From contig JAKLDG010000001.1 of assembly GCA_022703645.1 (NCBI GenBank), positions 338,814-402,813 on the forward strand: a stretch of DNA of 64,000 nt, written 5' to 3'. The DNA comes from Patescibacteria group bacterium. Lineage in GTDB: Bacteria > Patescibacteriota > JACPGU01. The notes below the pieces were generated by a model. The model ran no database searches. It was given only the letters and a program-made list of their open reading frames with translations, and had not been told where the DNA came from. Made by a program: the position numbers and the translations under genes. Below are positions 15,865-25,047 of this stretch, piece after piece (within the stretch, counting starts at the first letter, position 1; the number at the start of each line of letters is the position of its first letter).

Positions 15865-16347
15865 ATGTATAAAAAAGAAAAAAAAGAGGTTGACAAAAAA
15901 TTACTTGCCGAAGATAGGGCTGGTGGTTTTAAATGTATTAACTGCGGACAGTGGGTAAACTTGGCCGACAGCATCGGCACGGCGCATCGCAACCACTGTC
16001 CATTTTGTTTTTGCTCCTGTCATGTTGACCGCGATAAAAGCGGGGATCGCAGATCTGATTGTTTTGGAAAAATGAAACCAATCGGATTAACTTTCAAAAA
16101 TGAAGGTTTTGATAAATATGGCAAAAAACGCCAAGGCGAGCTGATGTTTATTCATCAATGTACCAATTGCGGTAAAATATCAATTAACCGCATAGCGGGG
16201 GATGACGATGAGAAAGGGATTATGAGATTATTTGAAGAGTCGCAAAAAATAGATCCAAAGATTATTGGTGAAATAGAGAAGGAGGGGATTGTGGTTTTAC
16301 GCGAAAAAGATCGGCAAGCATTAATAAAACAATTGCCAAGTATATAA
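15865..16347 (+). CDS. RNHCP-domain zinc-binding protein
   Basis: Literal RNHCPFC motif plus additional Cys pairs (CINCG, CTNCG). The ORF track starts at an upstream TTG (15850). Confidence 0.6.
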   Translation: MYKKEKKEVDKKLLAEDRAGGFKCINCGQWVNLADSIGTAHRNHCPFCFCSCHVDRDKSGDRRSDCFGKMKPIGLTFKNEGFDKYGKKRQGELMFIHQCTNCGKISINRIAGDDDEKGIMRLFEESQKIDPKIIGEIEKEGIVVLREKDRQALIKQLPSI

Positions 16348-16379
16348 AAACCCTCGTAGTAATCCCACGAGGGTTTTTG
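16346..16379. terminator. Bidirectional hairpin terminator between convergent genes
   Basis: AAAAACCCTCGT-agtaatccc-ACGAGGGTTTTT. Confidence 0.7.
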
Positions 16380-16391
16380 AAACTTTATAGT

Positions 16392-17141
16392 TTAATTATT
16401 TAATCTGGTTCCTCCGACGACCCCATCAGAGTTAATTGTGGCTGAAGAAACTATTCTTGCAGTAGCGGTGTTAATAAGAAGGGCTGTGCTTGTTACATAT
16501 TTAGTTCCAACAATATAATCCCAGCCATCATTCTCATCGACTGTGTCGGTATTTCTGATGTAAACAATGCAATCATAATCTTTCTCTCTGACCGACTTTC
16601 GCGCGTAAGCGTAAGCTCTCGAAAAGGAATCGCTGTTGGAAGTTTTTGCTCTCTGATCCGCATTGGCCATAATCAAATAGATCTCATATTTTGAGTCAAA
16701 AACTACGGCATGATCTGCCCCTCTGATTTCAGCCTTGGTGGAAGCGGAAAAAGTTATAGCTCCGCTAGAGAGAAAAAATGGCGCCCTTCCCACAACATTA
16801 ACCCCGATTATTTTTGAATACTTGCCGGTGGTATAGTTGAGATAATAGACGCTAATTTGATCGTCCCAACTGGGAGACCCTGATTCGCGAAAGACGAAAA
16901 GCGCGTTTTTGCTCCCTGAAATCTTTAAGTCCGTTACTCCAAAACTACTCAGTCTTTCTTTTTCTGTTTCTTCAACAAATTGCGTATAAGGCTTGATAAA
17001 AGTTATTTGTTTCGCGCCATCGAACAGCTGCCAGAAACCGTTTCCGTCGCGTTTGCGTTCAAGCTTCGCTGATGAGCTGGTTGCGCAAGTGGTGATGAGC
17101 ACGATGACTGTAAGGACTGCAAATAACCATTTGCTTTTCAT
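16392..17141 (-). CDS. Secreted hypothetical protein
   Basis: Signal peptide MKSKWLFAVLTVIVLITTCATSSSA. No recognised family. Confidence 0.5.
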   Translation of the reverse strand: MKSKWLFAVLTVIVLITTCATSSSAKLERKRDGNGFWQLFDGAKQITFIKPYTQFVEETEKERLSSFGVTDLKISGSKNALFVFRESGSPSWDDQISVYYLNYTTGKYSKIIGVNVVGRAPFFLSSGAITFSASTKAEIRGADHAVVFDSKYEIYLIMANADQRAKTSNSDSFSRAYAYARKSVREKDYDCIVYIRNTDTVDENDGWDYIVGTKYVTSTALLINTATARIVSSATINSDGVVGGTRLNN

Positions 17142-17234
17142 TATTATTGTCTCCTTTTTTAAGATTGCACGGGCTTTCCCGAATACATAAATATTAGCAA
17201 AAAATGGCTATAAATGCAAGTAAATTATAAAATT

Positions 17235-17266
17235 AAAAGTGGCTTGACGTTTTGGCGTCAAGCCAC
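17235..17266 (-). terminator. Hairpin terminator
   Basis: GTGGCTTGACG-ttttgg-CGTCAAGCCAC. Confidence 0.6.
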
Positions 17267-17292
17267 CTAAGAACCGTGATAAAAAAATAAAT

Positions 17293-17826
17293 TTATTTTT
17301 CAAGATCATCAATCATTTTGTCGCATTCTTTTCTAATTAATTTGATACCATTATTGCCCTTAGTATTAAGGCAACGTGTGTCAACTTTGTAGGATGATTC
17401 GCAAATTGTAGCTGCACAACCAGAACCGAGTAAGTCGAAGGTCGGTTCTTCTTTGGAATTAAGGCAAAGGTCTATCTTTTTCATAAGCATATAAGCATTC
17501 TTGCAAGATGGCTCTACTCTGTACGCTATCGACACTGGCTTTTTTGCATTATTGCTCAAGTTTCTCAACATTTTAATGCTTTTATCTTGAGAATTCTTAA
17601 TCTGTTTTACCTTTCCGTTAATTTCTTTCGTAGTATTATATAATTCATCAATTTTCTGCGACTGTTCAGGCGTAAAACCTATGCCGAACATGCCCGTGCT
17701 AATGATATCATTACCATTATGCGTGATCCTGTTCATAATTTTACTATGCGCAATAAATGGTATCGCCGGAATCATCAAAATAAAAGCGATAATGACAATC
17801 AATGCTCCGATAGGAAACTTATTCAT
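17293..17826 (-). CDS. Membrane-anchored Cys-containing hypothetical protein
   Basis: ATG at 17826 preceded by GAGGTGA. TM helix FPIGALIVIIAFILMIPAIPFI. Confidence 0.5.
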   Translation of the reverse strand: MNKFPIGALIVIIAFILMIPAIPFIAHSKIMNRITHNGNDIISTGMFGIGFTPEQSQKIDELYNTTKEINGKVKQIKNSQDKSIKMLRNLSNNAKKPVSIAYRVEPSCKNAYMLMKKIDLCLNSKEEPTFDLLGSGCAATICESSYKVDTRCLNTKGNNGIKLIRKECDKMIDDLEK

Positions 17827-18087
17827 TTTCACCTCATTCACCTCTATGAGTAGAATTGTATCCTCCAACTGGAGGAGGCCAAACATTTATATAAGCGAAA
17901 AAATCTTCGCGTTGAACTGATTGTTAGGGTACAAATGTTACACTCGTAATATTATCATTTTTATTTAACATTGTCAAGCCTTTCGTATAATATTCTCGAT
18001 CATATTGCATTATTCACTTATAATCCGCTTTTTGCTTGCGAACCGAACAGAAATATGAGATGATAAAAAGAAAACAAAAATTATAAA

Positions 18088-18507
18088 ATGAAATTCCACA
18101 GAACAAAATTAAACAAATTAGTTGGTAGCACATACCCTGAAGTTTACAGAAATTCACAAACCTTTTATAAGAAAATAGTAAGTAAATCAAAACGAAGACC
18201 TTATATTCGCTCAATATATTTTAATAAGGAGAAAATATTTTTAGGAATATTCTGGCCGCATTTATTTCAAAAAGTCGGATGGGGAGATAGAGAAAGACGG
18301 CTAAAATTATTCCCATGCGCAATAGATCTAATGCAAAATACAAAATTCAATCCAGAATCGAAAGATAACCCAAATAAAAAGTCTGAAATTTTACATCGAT
18401 TTTATGGAATCACTCCGGATGATGAAAAATTTTGTGTACAAGTCAAGGAGGATAAGAAAACCGATGAAAAATTTTTTGTTTCGGTATTCCCATACGATGA
18501 CAAATAA
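18088..18507 (+). CDS. Hypothetical protein
   Basis: Intact ORF with no motif I can name confidently. Confidence 0.4.
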   Translation: MKFHRTKLNKLVGSTYPEVYRNSQTFYKKIVSKSKRRPYIRSIYFNKEKIFLGIFWPHLFQKVGWGDRERRLKLFPCAIDLMQNTKFNPESKDNPNKKSEILHRFYGITPDDEKFCVQVKEDKKTDEKFFVSVFPYDDK

Positions 18508-18613
18508 AAAAGAATCTCCGCCCAAAAGTGTAGTGTATAAACTACGGCTGAAATTCTCTTTATGCGATAAGTATATATCAAATCTCAATTTTTGTCAACA
18601 ACTTTTTGTCAAA

Positions 18614-18646
18614 TAAAAAAGCATCGGATTTCTCCGATGCTTTTTA
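18614..18646. terminator. Bidirectional hairpin terminator
   Basis: AAAAAGCATCGGA-tttc-TCCGATGCTTTTT. Confidence 0.7.
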
Positions 18647-18665
18647 AAATTTAAAAAAATTAAAT

Positions 18666-19355
18666 CTATTTCGTCGGGATCACGCCGACCATGAAACCTG
18701 TTTCCAACGAATCGCCCTTCCTTTTCTGGAAATACGGTCCGACGTTGAAAATAAATCCGTCGGTTACGATAGCCCCTGTCATGCGGATATCCGTCGTATG
18801 ATTCTTGCTCCGGGATACTTCCACCAACGGCAATTTTTTGCCGGCATAGGAGAATCCGATAATCGAATCGTTCGCGCTTTTTTTCACGTCCATCGTGGAA
18901 AAAACTGTGAGACTGGTCAGAGCTTTCGGCGAATATCTACCCGTCACTCTTACCGTACCGCCTTTTTGCAGCGGCATCAAAACGCCGATACCCGCGCCGT
19001 TCGCGTGGTAATCAACCGCGGTCGTGTGTGTAATCACGGTCGGACCGCCCGTCACCTGCAGAGACATCGTGTAAATCGTCGCGTCCACGCGGCTTCCGAG
19101 CTTCGCGCTCAAAGAGATGTGGTTGCCGGAAAGCATGTCGCGGAAAACGTACTGTTTCACACCGACGCATGCTTTACCATTGAGTACATTCAGGTTCCCG
19201 AAGACGATTTTGCTGCCTCCGTCAGGAATCGAGTAGTACTGCACCAGCGAGGGCATTACTCTGTAGAAAGCCGTGGCGTCCGCTTCGTTGTAGGCGAACG
19301 CTTTCGCTGAAACGAAGAGCAATCCGAACACAAACAACATAAACAGCTTTTTCAT
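18666..19355 (-). CDS. Secreted hypothetical protein, GC-rich gene
   Basis: ATG at 19355 lies 7 nt after AAGGAGA. Signal peptide MKKLFMLFVFGLLFVSAKAFA. A hand count at 18961-19020 gives 36/60 G+C. Confidence 0.55.
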   Translation of the reverse strand: MKKLFMLFVFGLLFVSAKAFAYNEADATAFYRVMPSLVQYYSIPDGGSKIVFGNLNVLNGKACVGVKQYVFRDMLSGNHISLSAKLGSRVDATIYTMSLQVTGGPTVITHTTAVDYHANGAGIGVLMPLQKGGTVRVTGRYSPKALTSLTVFSTMDVKKSANDSIIGFSYAGKKLPLVEVSRSKNHTTDIRMTGAIVTDGFIFNVGPYFQKRKGDSLETGFMVGVIPTK

Positions 19356-19513
19356 AACCAATCTCCTTTGAAAGGTATTTTGTTAAACAACTTTGTTTGT
19401 CCTTGTGGACACCATAATAATAGCACATTTTTGGCTCTATGTCCAGACTTTTCCTCTCTTGCGCGGATTGTTGAAATGTTGTATATTACAAAAACAATAA
19501 ATAATAAATTCAT

Positions 19514-19837
19514 ATGGGAAATACAGACGAACAAAAAGATAGTATTATGGATGATGAAAAATTCATTAATTTCATGGAATCAAGAGATGAAAAACTTGTA
19601 GATTTTTTAACTACTAAATTCGGCGCAATCGATGGTAGATTTGAGAAAATCGAAGGACGTCTCGATAGAATCGAAACAACTATGGTTACAAAATCCTTTC
19701 TTACTGATGTAATGGCAAATTTCAGAGTTGAAACAAACGAAAAAGTATATAAAACCGTAGAGATTTTGAAAGAGAAGAAAGTTTTTGATGATAAAGATAT
19801 AAAGAGGGTAAAAGAGGCGGGCGTTGCAGTAAAATAG
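19514..19837 (+). CDS. Hypothetical coiled-coil protein
   Basis: Heptad-like GRFEKIEGRLDRIETTM. No family recognised. Confidence 0.4.
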   Translation: MGNTDEQKDSIMDDEKFINFMESRDEKLVDFLTTKFGAIDGRFEKIEGRLDRIETTMVTKSFLTDVMANFRVETNEKVYKTVEILKEKKVFDDKDIKRVKEAGVAVK

Positions 19838-19859
19838 ATTTTTGGGATATTTTTATTAA

Positions 19860-19903
19860 AAAAACAACCGCGAAGGCTAAAGCCTTCGCGGCGTTGTGTT
19901 TCA
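19860..19903. terminator. Bidirectional hairpin terminator
   Basis: CGCGAAGGCT-aa-AGCCTTCGCG flanked by A and T runs. Confidence 0.7.
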
Positions 19904-19911
19904 AGAGAAAT

Positions 19912-20463
19912 TTAGGGTTGATTCTGCTCGGGGTGGTCCCAATCCTTTCCGTAGATTTCCGCATTGGGAATGTTTGCGAAATTCTGCCCCTTGGGATAGC
20001 GGCGCGCCGCCATGAACTGCGAAATAGTCATCTTTGTGTTTATCGGTGTGGCATTTGATGACTTTCTCCAACGGTCCATCTCCGAAAAGTACTGCATTTG
20101 GACGCCAGAGAATTCCTCACTGTCGCCGGATCGCCATTTGCAGGTTACTCTGCCGTCTGGGATGGTTTCGCAGTCGTACGCGAGACCAACGGCAGTGAAA
20201 AGATCGTCTTTTGACAGAGATACTGTGAAATGGTGACCGCTCTCGATATCCTCTGCGCTGAGCGTGCGGGTCTTGCAGTGTTTGTTAAGTCCTATCCATT
20301 CGGGATCTTTCAGCCCGCAGTCAGACCCGACCAGAGTGTAGTAGTAGCGGCCGGTCTTGGGTGAATCCGTGCGTTCCATGGACTTTTCCGTTCTAATGAG
20401 CATCAGGACAACTAAAATTAAAATACCCGTAGCAAGCATGGAAAATAGCACTATTCGTTTCAT
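19912..20463 (-). CDS. Membrane-anchored hypothetical protein, GC-rich gene
   Basis: ATG at 20463 preceded by GAGGTGA. TM helix IVLFSMLATGILILVVLMLI. Confidence 0.5.
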   Translation of the reverse strand: MKRIVLFSMLATGILILVVLMLIRTEKSMERTDSPKTGRYYYTLVGSDCGLKDPEWIGLNKHCKTRTLSAEDIESGHHFTVSLSKDDLFTAVGLAYDCETIPDGRVTCKWRSGDSEEFSGVQMQYFSEMDRWRKSSNATPINTKMTISQFMAARRYPKGQNFANIPNAEIYGKDWDHPEQNQP

Positions 20464-20610
20464 TTCTTTCACCTCGATTTTTCCCATTTTTGGGAGATTT
20501 GCCCGCATAAATGCGGGGGATATTGCAGATTGTTATGGTGCAAAATAATACATTTATAATTATATCATAGATAACGCGATGTGTCAAGTACTTTTGTAGG
20601 TGTTGGCAAT

Positions 20611-21183
20611 TATAAATTCATGGTATTTTTCCTTAAAATATTCTTAGGATTATTGCTGTCTCGTTCCCACATTTGCGGATTGGATTCTATGTAACTATAA
20701 ATTTCATCGTACGATTTTTCATTGCGAATGATGTGTTCGTAATAGCCGCGTTGAAAAATGGGGTTGCCTGTTTTGTCTAAGATAATATTTATCTTTTTCG
20801 TTGATTGATATTTAAAATACCCAATTATTTGTCCTAATGTTGGTTTTTTATCCCGTAGGGGCGGGGTCTCCCCGCCCTGAATTAAATTGTTTTTGTTACC
20901 TACAAATATCGTTTTTCTCTTCTAATATCCGCAATATAAAATGAATATGATTTGGCATTATCTGAAAAATATCTAATTTTGTATTTGGGAAATGATTCGG
21001 AATTTCGTACCAACATTTTTCTGCAACATTTCCAATCTTATTTAATTCCATTTTCCCATCCACAATTTCCCCAAACAAACATTCTCTGTCTTTTGTGCAG
21101 ATCGTAACAAAATAATCTCCAGGTTCGGAATAATCATATTCTTTAATCCGTATCGATTTTCTATTTCGTTCGATTTTTGACAT
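20611..21183 (-). pseudogene. RAYT / IS200-like Y1 transposase, copy 2, split by a 1-nt frameshift
   Basis: The N-terminal ORF (to MPNHIHFILRILEEKNDICR*) and the C-terminal part (…LGQIIGYFK…RGYYEHIIRNEKSYDEIYSYIESNP…) are in different frames. Removing one A from the GAGAAAAAC run joins them. Confidence 0.75.
20854..20876. repeat. GC-rich hairpin (GTAGGGGC family, single arm) inside RAYT copy 2
   Basis: GTAGGGGCGGGGTCTCCCCGCCC. Confidence 0.65.
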
Positions 21184-21218
21184 TTTTATTTTGATTATAG
21201 CATATTTTCATTTCCCTC

Positions 21219-21248
21219 TTGACAAACACTATGATTTTGTAGTAAAAT
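21219..21248 (+). promoter_or_regulatory. Sigma70-type promoter
   Basis: TTGACA, 18-nt spacer, TAAAAT, about 105 nt upstream of the 21353 CDS. Confidence 0.5.
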
Positions 21249-21315
21249 AATGGCTATGTAGGCTATTTTTCGTTTACATGCACGACCCTTAAAAACATAT
21301 TGAGTCAAATACTGT

Positions 21316-21345
21316 CCTCCTTGAGGGGACTATCAAACAAGGAGG
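21316..21345 (+). promoter_or_regulatory. SD-sequestering hairpin
   Basis: CCTCCTTG (21316-21323) is the exact complement of CAAGGAGG (21338-21345), which is the Shine-Dalgarno of the ATG at 21353. Confidence 0.5.
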
Positions 21346-21352
21346 CAACACA

Positions 21353-22270
21353 ATGTCTGAAAACGGAAGGAAGGAAAGATTCGAGGAACTGATGGAAATG
21401 TACGTTGATTACTCAAATGTAGAATGTTTCCCAGAAAGGATAAGGCGGGAGCTTTCATCTACGGAACCTTATGACGAGGATCTTATAAAGTTTTTTAAAC
21501 AAAACTCGCCTGTGGCTGGAGAGATCGCAACAAACCCTGCAAGCGATTTCATAACTCGAACTGTTTACGCTTCTACTCTGCCACAGATGCCGCCTCGTTA
21601 TTCAATTGACGACCTGCTTGTTTATAGCCCTGGCGGCCGCGCACTATTTAACCGGTTGCCAGCCGCAAGTAAAATACTCGCAAAATGGATAACCGAACAC
21701 GAATCGTGCGACATAGTAGACCTCGGAGGCGGTTCCGGTTCTTACGCATTTAAGACAATAGAAATATTGTCAAAAATGAAAGGGTTCAATTCGATCGTCA
21801 AAAGGATTTCATGGACAAGCGTAGATATTGACTCCGGCGCAATCGAACTCGGTAAGGCACGGTCTAAAGCTGATGGACTTACGGGACAAGTTTTTTTCGA
21901 GGAAGGAAATTTTATGTCAAAAAAGTTTCCCACTATCGACGCAGACCTCGTAGTATTAATCGGTGTTCTATGTGGTATGACACCGGAGGTTGCGGTAACA
22001 TGCCTCGAAAAAGTGAGACGCTTTATCGAAACGCGTAACGGCGAAATTTACGCTGCTACACTTCTGACTAGGAGTTTTGAAGAGGATCCGATATGCTTCA
22101 GAATCTTCGCGAAACTCGGCTGGCATCTCAAACCGAAAACCGAGGAAGAGGTCAGAAAGGTCTTTAATGATGCCGGATACGAAATTATCGACATCCACAG
22201 TGAGCGCGACACGGAGACAGAAAGAGTCCCCGGGCAGTACGCAATTGTCAGAGCGCGTTTAAAAGCTTAA
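21353..22270 (+). CDS. Class I SAM-dependent methyltransferase
   Basis: Motif I VDLGGGSGSY and post-I SVDID. GC above background. Confidence 0.65.
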   Translation: MSENGRKERFEELMEMYVDYSNVECFPERIRRELSSTEPYDEDLIKFFKQNSPVAGEIATNPASDFITRTVYASTLPQMPPRYSIDDLLVYSPGGRALFNRLPAASKILAKWITEHESCDIVDLGGGSGSYAFKTIEILSKMKGFNSIVKRISWTSVDIDSGAIELGKARSKADGLTGQVFFEEGNFMSKKFPTIDADLVVLIGVLCGMTPEVAVTCLEKVRRFIETRNGEIYAATLLTRSFEEDPICFRIFAKLGWHLKPKTEEEVRKVFNDAGYEIIDIHSERDTETERVPGQYAIVRARLKA

Positions 22271-22343
22271 TACTAAAAAAACATCTTTTATTACAATCCC
22301 AACTTTGTTATAATTCTATTATAACTTAGGAGGGATTGTTTTT

Positions 22344-24521
22344 ATGTATTTGTATTTTGCATTTACAGGATTATTTAATGCTATAGTTAGCACTTTATTA
22401 GGTATTTTTGTATTTTTCAATAATTCAAAAAACAATATTAATCGCTCGTTTGCTCTTTTCTGTTTATTTTTTACGATGTGGTCTGCCGCATATATATTTT
22501 GGCCATTATCGCAAAACGCTGAAGGTACACTTTTGTCTTTTAGATTACTGCATATTGGCGCTGCTTATGTTTCTGTTGCTTATTTACATTTTGTTTGTAA
22601 TTTCCTGGATGTATATAAGCAAAAAAAAGTAATAGTTATAATTGGATATATTTTAGCATCTATACTAGTTCCATTTATTTTCACTCCATATTTTATTGCT
22701 GATATGGTTCCAATATTCTCAATGCGCTTTTGGGCAGTTCCTGGGATATTGTACCATTTTTATCTTGTGCACTTTTTTGGATATTTTGCATATTCGTCTT
22801 ATTTGTTATTTAAAAGTTATAAAAAATTATTGGGAGTAAAAAAGGTCCAAATTCTATATATTTTAGTTGGTTTTGTTTTGGCTTTTTTCGGGGGATCAAC
22901 AAACTATTTTTTATGGTATAAAATTAATATACCTCCTTATCTCAATATTCTTGCTTGTTCATTTGTAGTATTTACTGCCTACGCGATTGTAAAGACGCGG
23001 TTTTTAGACATCAAATTCGTTCTTCGTTCCTCTTTTGTTTACATTTCATCTCTTATTACAATTATTATCCCTGCAGTATTAATTAAGTTTATTGTTGGTG
23101 GGGAATCAGTTTTTAAAGCAACTGGATGGATTGATCTAATCATTGTTATTTTTGCCATTGCTGTATTTCCAAAAGTTAAAGAATATTTTTACAAAATCGC
23201 GAATAAGTATTTTTTCTCATCACTCTATGATAGCGCCGAAGTGATTGCAGACCTGTCTGATAAACTGCGATCAACCCTTGATATAAATAAAATTGATGAC
23301 TATATTACGAATGCTTTAATCCAAGCATTTCATTGCAAAGCGATTGGAATTTTGAATTATTCCAGAAGAACCGGGGACTACAACCTTGTCCATAATAAAG
23401 GGTTTGCGTTCAAGGGAAGAAAGAGATTTCTCGGCGATAAGGGATTGCACAAAAAATATGTTATGAAAGATGAACCTTTCCTGACATCCGAAATTAGAGA
23501 TAATCGCAAATATAAAAAGACGGTTTCTGTATTGGAAAAATTTGACGTAGAAGTTTTAACGCCGTTAAACGTTAAAGATAAGACAATCGGCCTTATCGCA
23601 ATCGGAGCAAAAGAATCCGGTGATTCATATAATCAACAGGATATTGAGCTTTTGGGAATTGTCAGCGCGCAGTCGGCAATTGCTATTGAAAACGCTATTT
23701 TATATGAAAAAACACGCAGATTTACAAAAACTCTGCAAGTAAAGGTTGATAATGCAACGGCTCAAATTCGCCACAAGAATGAAGAATTGAAAAAACTCGA
23801 TAAGCTCAAAGACGAATTTATTTCCGTCGCCAGCCATCAGCTGCGAACTCCGCTGACCGCCACGCGCTGGGCGCTGGAATTTCTGATTAAAGATAATAAA
23901 GGAAAACTCAACCGCAAACAGCTTGAGAGCGTTCATGAGCTGGAAGACACAAATTCAAAACTTATAAAACTCGTCAATTCACTTCTGAATGTCTCCCGTA
24001 TTGACGAGGGACGCCTTTCTATCACGCCAGTACCAACTGACATAGTTGCCGTGATGAAAGAAATCATGCATGAATTTGAACCGATTGCGCGCCACAAGAA
24101 TTTGAAAGTTATCACACACTATGATAAATTGCCAAAAATCAAATTTGATCCTGTTGTTATTAATAAAGCGATACATAACTTCGTTTCAAACGCGATAAAA
24201 TATAATAAAGACGAAGGCCGTCTTTGGATAAATGTCGAGAAATATGATAAAGATAATCTGGTTATCAAGGTTCGCGACGAGGGAATCGGAATACCAAAAG
24301 CCGAGCAGGCAAATCTATTTGCGAAATTTTACAGAGCATCTAATGCTGCTACTTCAAATACCGAAGGAACCGGACTTGGACTTTATATTGCCAAAAGCGC
24401 CGTAGAAAGCTCCGGAGGAAAGGTTTGGTTCGAATCAAAAGAAAATGAAGGGACAACTTTCTTTGTGACATTACCACTGAAAGGCAGTAGGGCGAAGAGA
24501 GGAGAAAAGAGCCTGGTCTAA
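22344..24521 (+). CDS. Sensor histidine kinase (multi-TM N-terminal sensor, GAF-like, HisKA, HATPase_c)
   Basis: H-box SVASHQLRTPLT, N-box NAIKYN, DEGIGI and GTGLGLYIAKS. About 7 N-terminal TM helices. Confidence 0.9.
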   Translation: MYLYFAFTGLFNAIVSTLLGIFVFFNNSKNNINRSFALFCLFFTMWSAAYIFWPLSQNAEGTLLSFRLLHIGAAYVSVAYLHFVCNFLDVYKQKKVIVIIGYILASILVPFIFTPYFIADMVPIFSMRFWAVPGILYHFYLVHFFGYFAYSSYLLFKSYKKLLGVKKVQILYILVGFVLAFFGGSTNYFLWYKINIPPYLNILACSFVVFTAYAIVKTRFLDIKFVLRSSFVYISSLITIIIPAVLIKFIVGGESVFKATGWIDLIIVIFAIAVFPKVKEYFYKIANKYFFSSLYDSAEVIADLSDKLRSTLDINKIDDYITNALIQAFHCKAIGILNYSRRTGDYNLVHNKGFAFKGRKRFLGDKGLHKKYVMKDEPFLTSEIRDNRKYKKTVSVLEKFDVEVLTPLNVKDKTIGLIAIGAKESGDSYNQQDIELLGIVSAQSAIAIENAILYEKTRRFTKTLQVKVDNATAQIRHKNEELKKLDKLKDEFISVASHQLRTPLTATRWALEFLIKDNKGKLNRKQLESVHELEDTNSKLIKLVNSLLNVSRIDEGRLSITPVPTDIVAVMKEIMHEFEPIARHKNLKVITHYDKLPKIKFDPVVINKAIHNFVSNAIKYNKDEGRLWINVEKYDKDNLVIKVRDEGIGIPKAEQANLFAKFYRASNAATSNTEGTGLGLYIAKSAVESSGGKVWFESKENEGTTFFVTLPLKGSRAKRGEKSLV

Positions 24522-24524
24522 AGT

Positions 24525-24563
24525 AAATTAAAAATTAAAAATCAAAATGTAAAATGACAGATG
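24525..24563. repeat. Left inverted repeat of the four-helix-bundle-carrying hairpin element
   Basis: AAATTAAAAATTAAAAATCAAAATGTAAAATGACAGATG. The 23 nt ATCAAAATGTAAAATGACAGATG recur exactly, in reverse complement, at 26941-26963. Confidence 0.7.
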
Positions 24564-24919
24564 CAAATTTTAAAAATGAATTTAAGAAAAGATTGTACTC
24601 GTTCGTTTTACGATTAATTAAATATATAAATAGTCTCCCAAGATCACAATCAAACGATGTTATAGGAAAACAACTGTTAAGAAGTGGTACGAGTATATTG
24701 GCTAATTTTATAGAAGCTAATTCAGCCAGCAGTAAAAAAGATTTTACGAACTTTTTTAATCATAGCTTAAAATCTGCCAATGAATCAAAGGTTTGGTTAA
24801 CACTTTTCCGCGATACAAACCCTATAAACAATGAGAATGTTTTTTTGATAAAAGAACTTTGCGAGATTGCAAACATCTTAGCATCAAGTATATTAACTTT
24901 AAAAGGAAAAAAGAAATAA
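24554..24919 (+). CDS. Four-helix-bundle protein (23S rRNA intervening-sequence protein family)
   Basis: Family-typical LRSGTSILANFIEANSASSKKDFTNFFNHSLKSANESKVWL. Confidence 0.8.
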   Translation: MTDANFKNEFKKRLYSFVLRLIKYINSLPRSQSNDVIGKQLLRSGTSILANFIEANSASSKKDFTNFFNHSLKSANESKVWLTLFRDTNPINNENVFLIKELCEIANILASSILTLKGKKK

Positions 24920-24975
24920 TTTTACATTTATTATATGTCATTTTGATTTTTGACATTTACATTTTACATTACATA
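24920..24975. repeat. Right inverted repeat of the four-helix-bundle-carrying element
   Basis: TGTCATTTTGATTTTTGACATTTACATTTTACATT, complementary to the left arm. Confidence 0.7.
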
Positions 24976-25047
24976 TTTTAACCTTTAAATTATCGATAAA
25001 TTATGCTAATATTACTATAATTTACAAAAACTAAGCAAACCGACACT

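Noticed and set aside
18798-19310. 170-aa plus-strand ORF rich in Arg/His
   Set aside because: It is antisense to the 18666-19355 gene, which has a proper SD, ATG and signal peptide. Arg-rich ORFs are the usual shadow of GC-rich genes.
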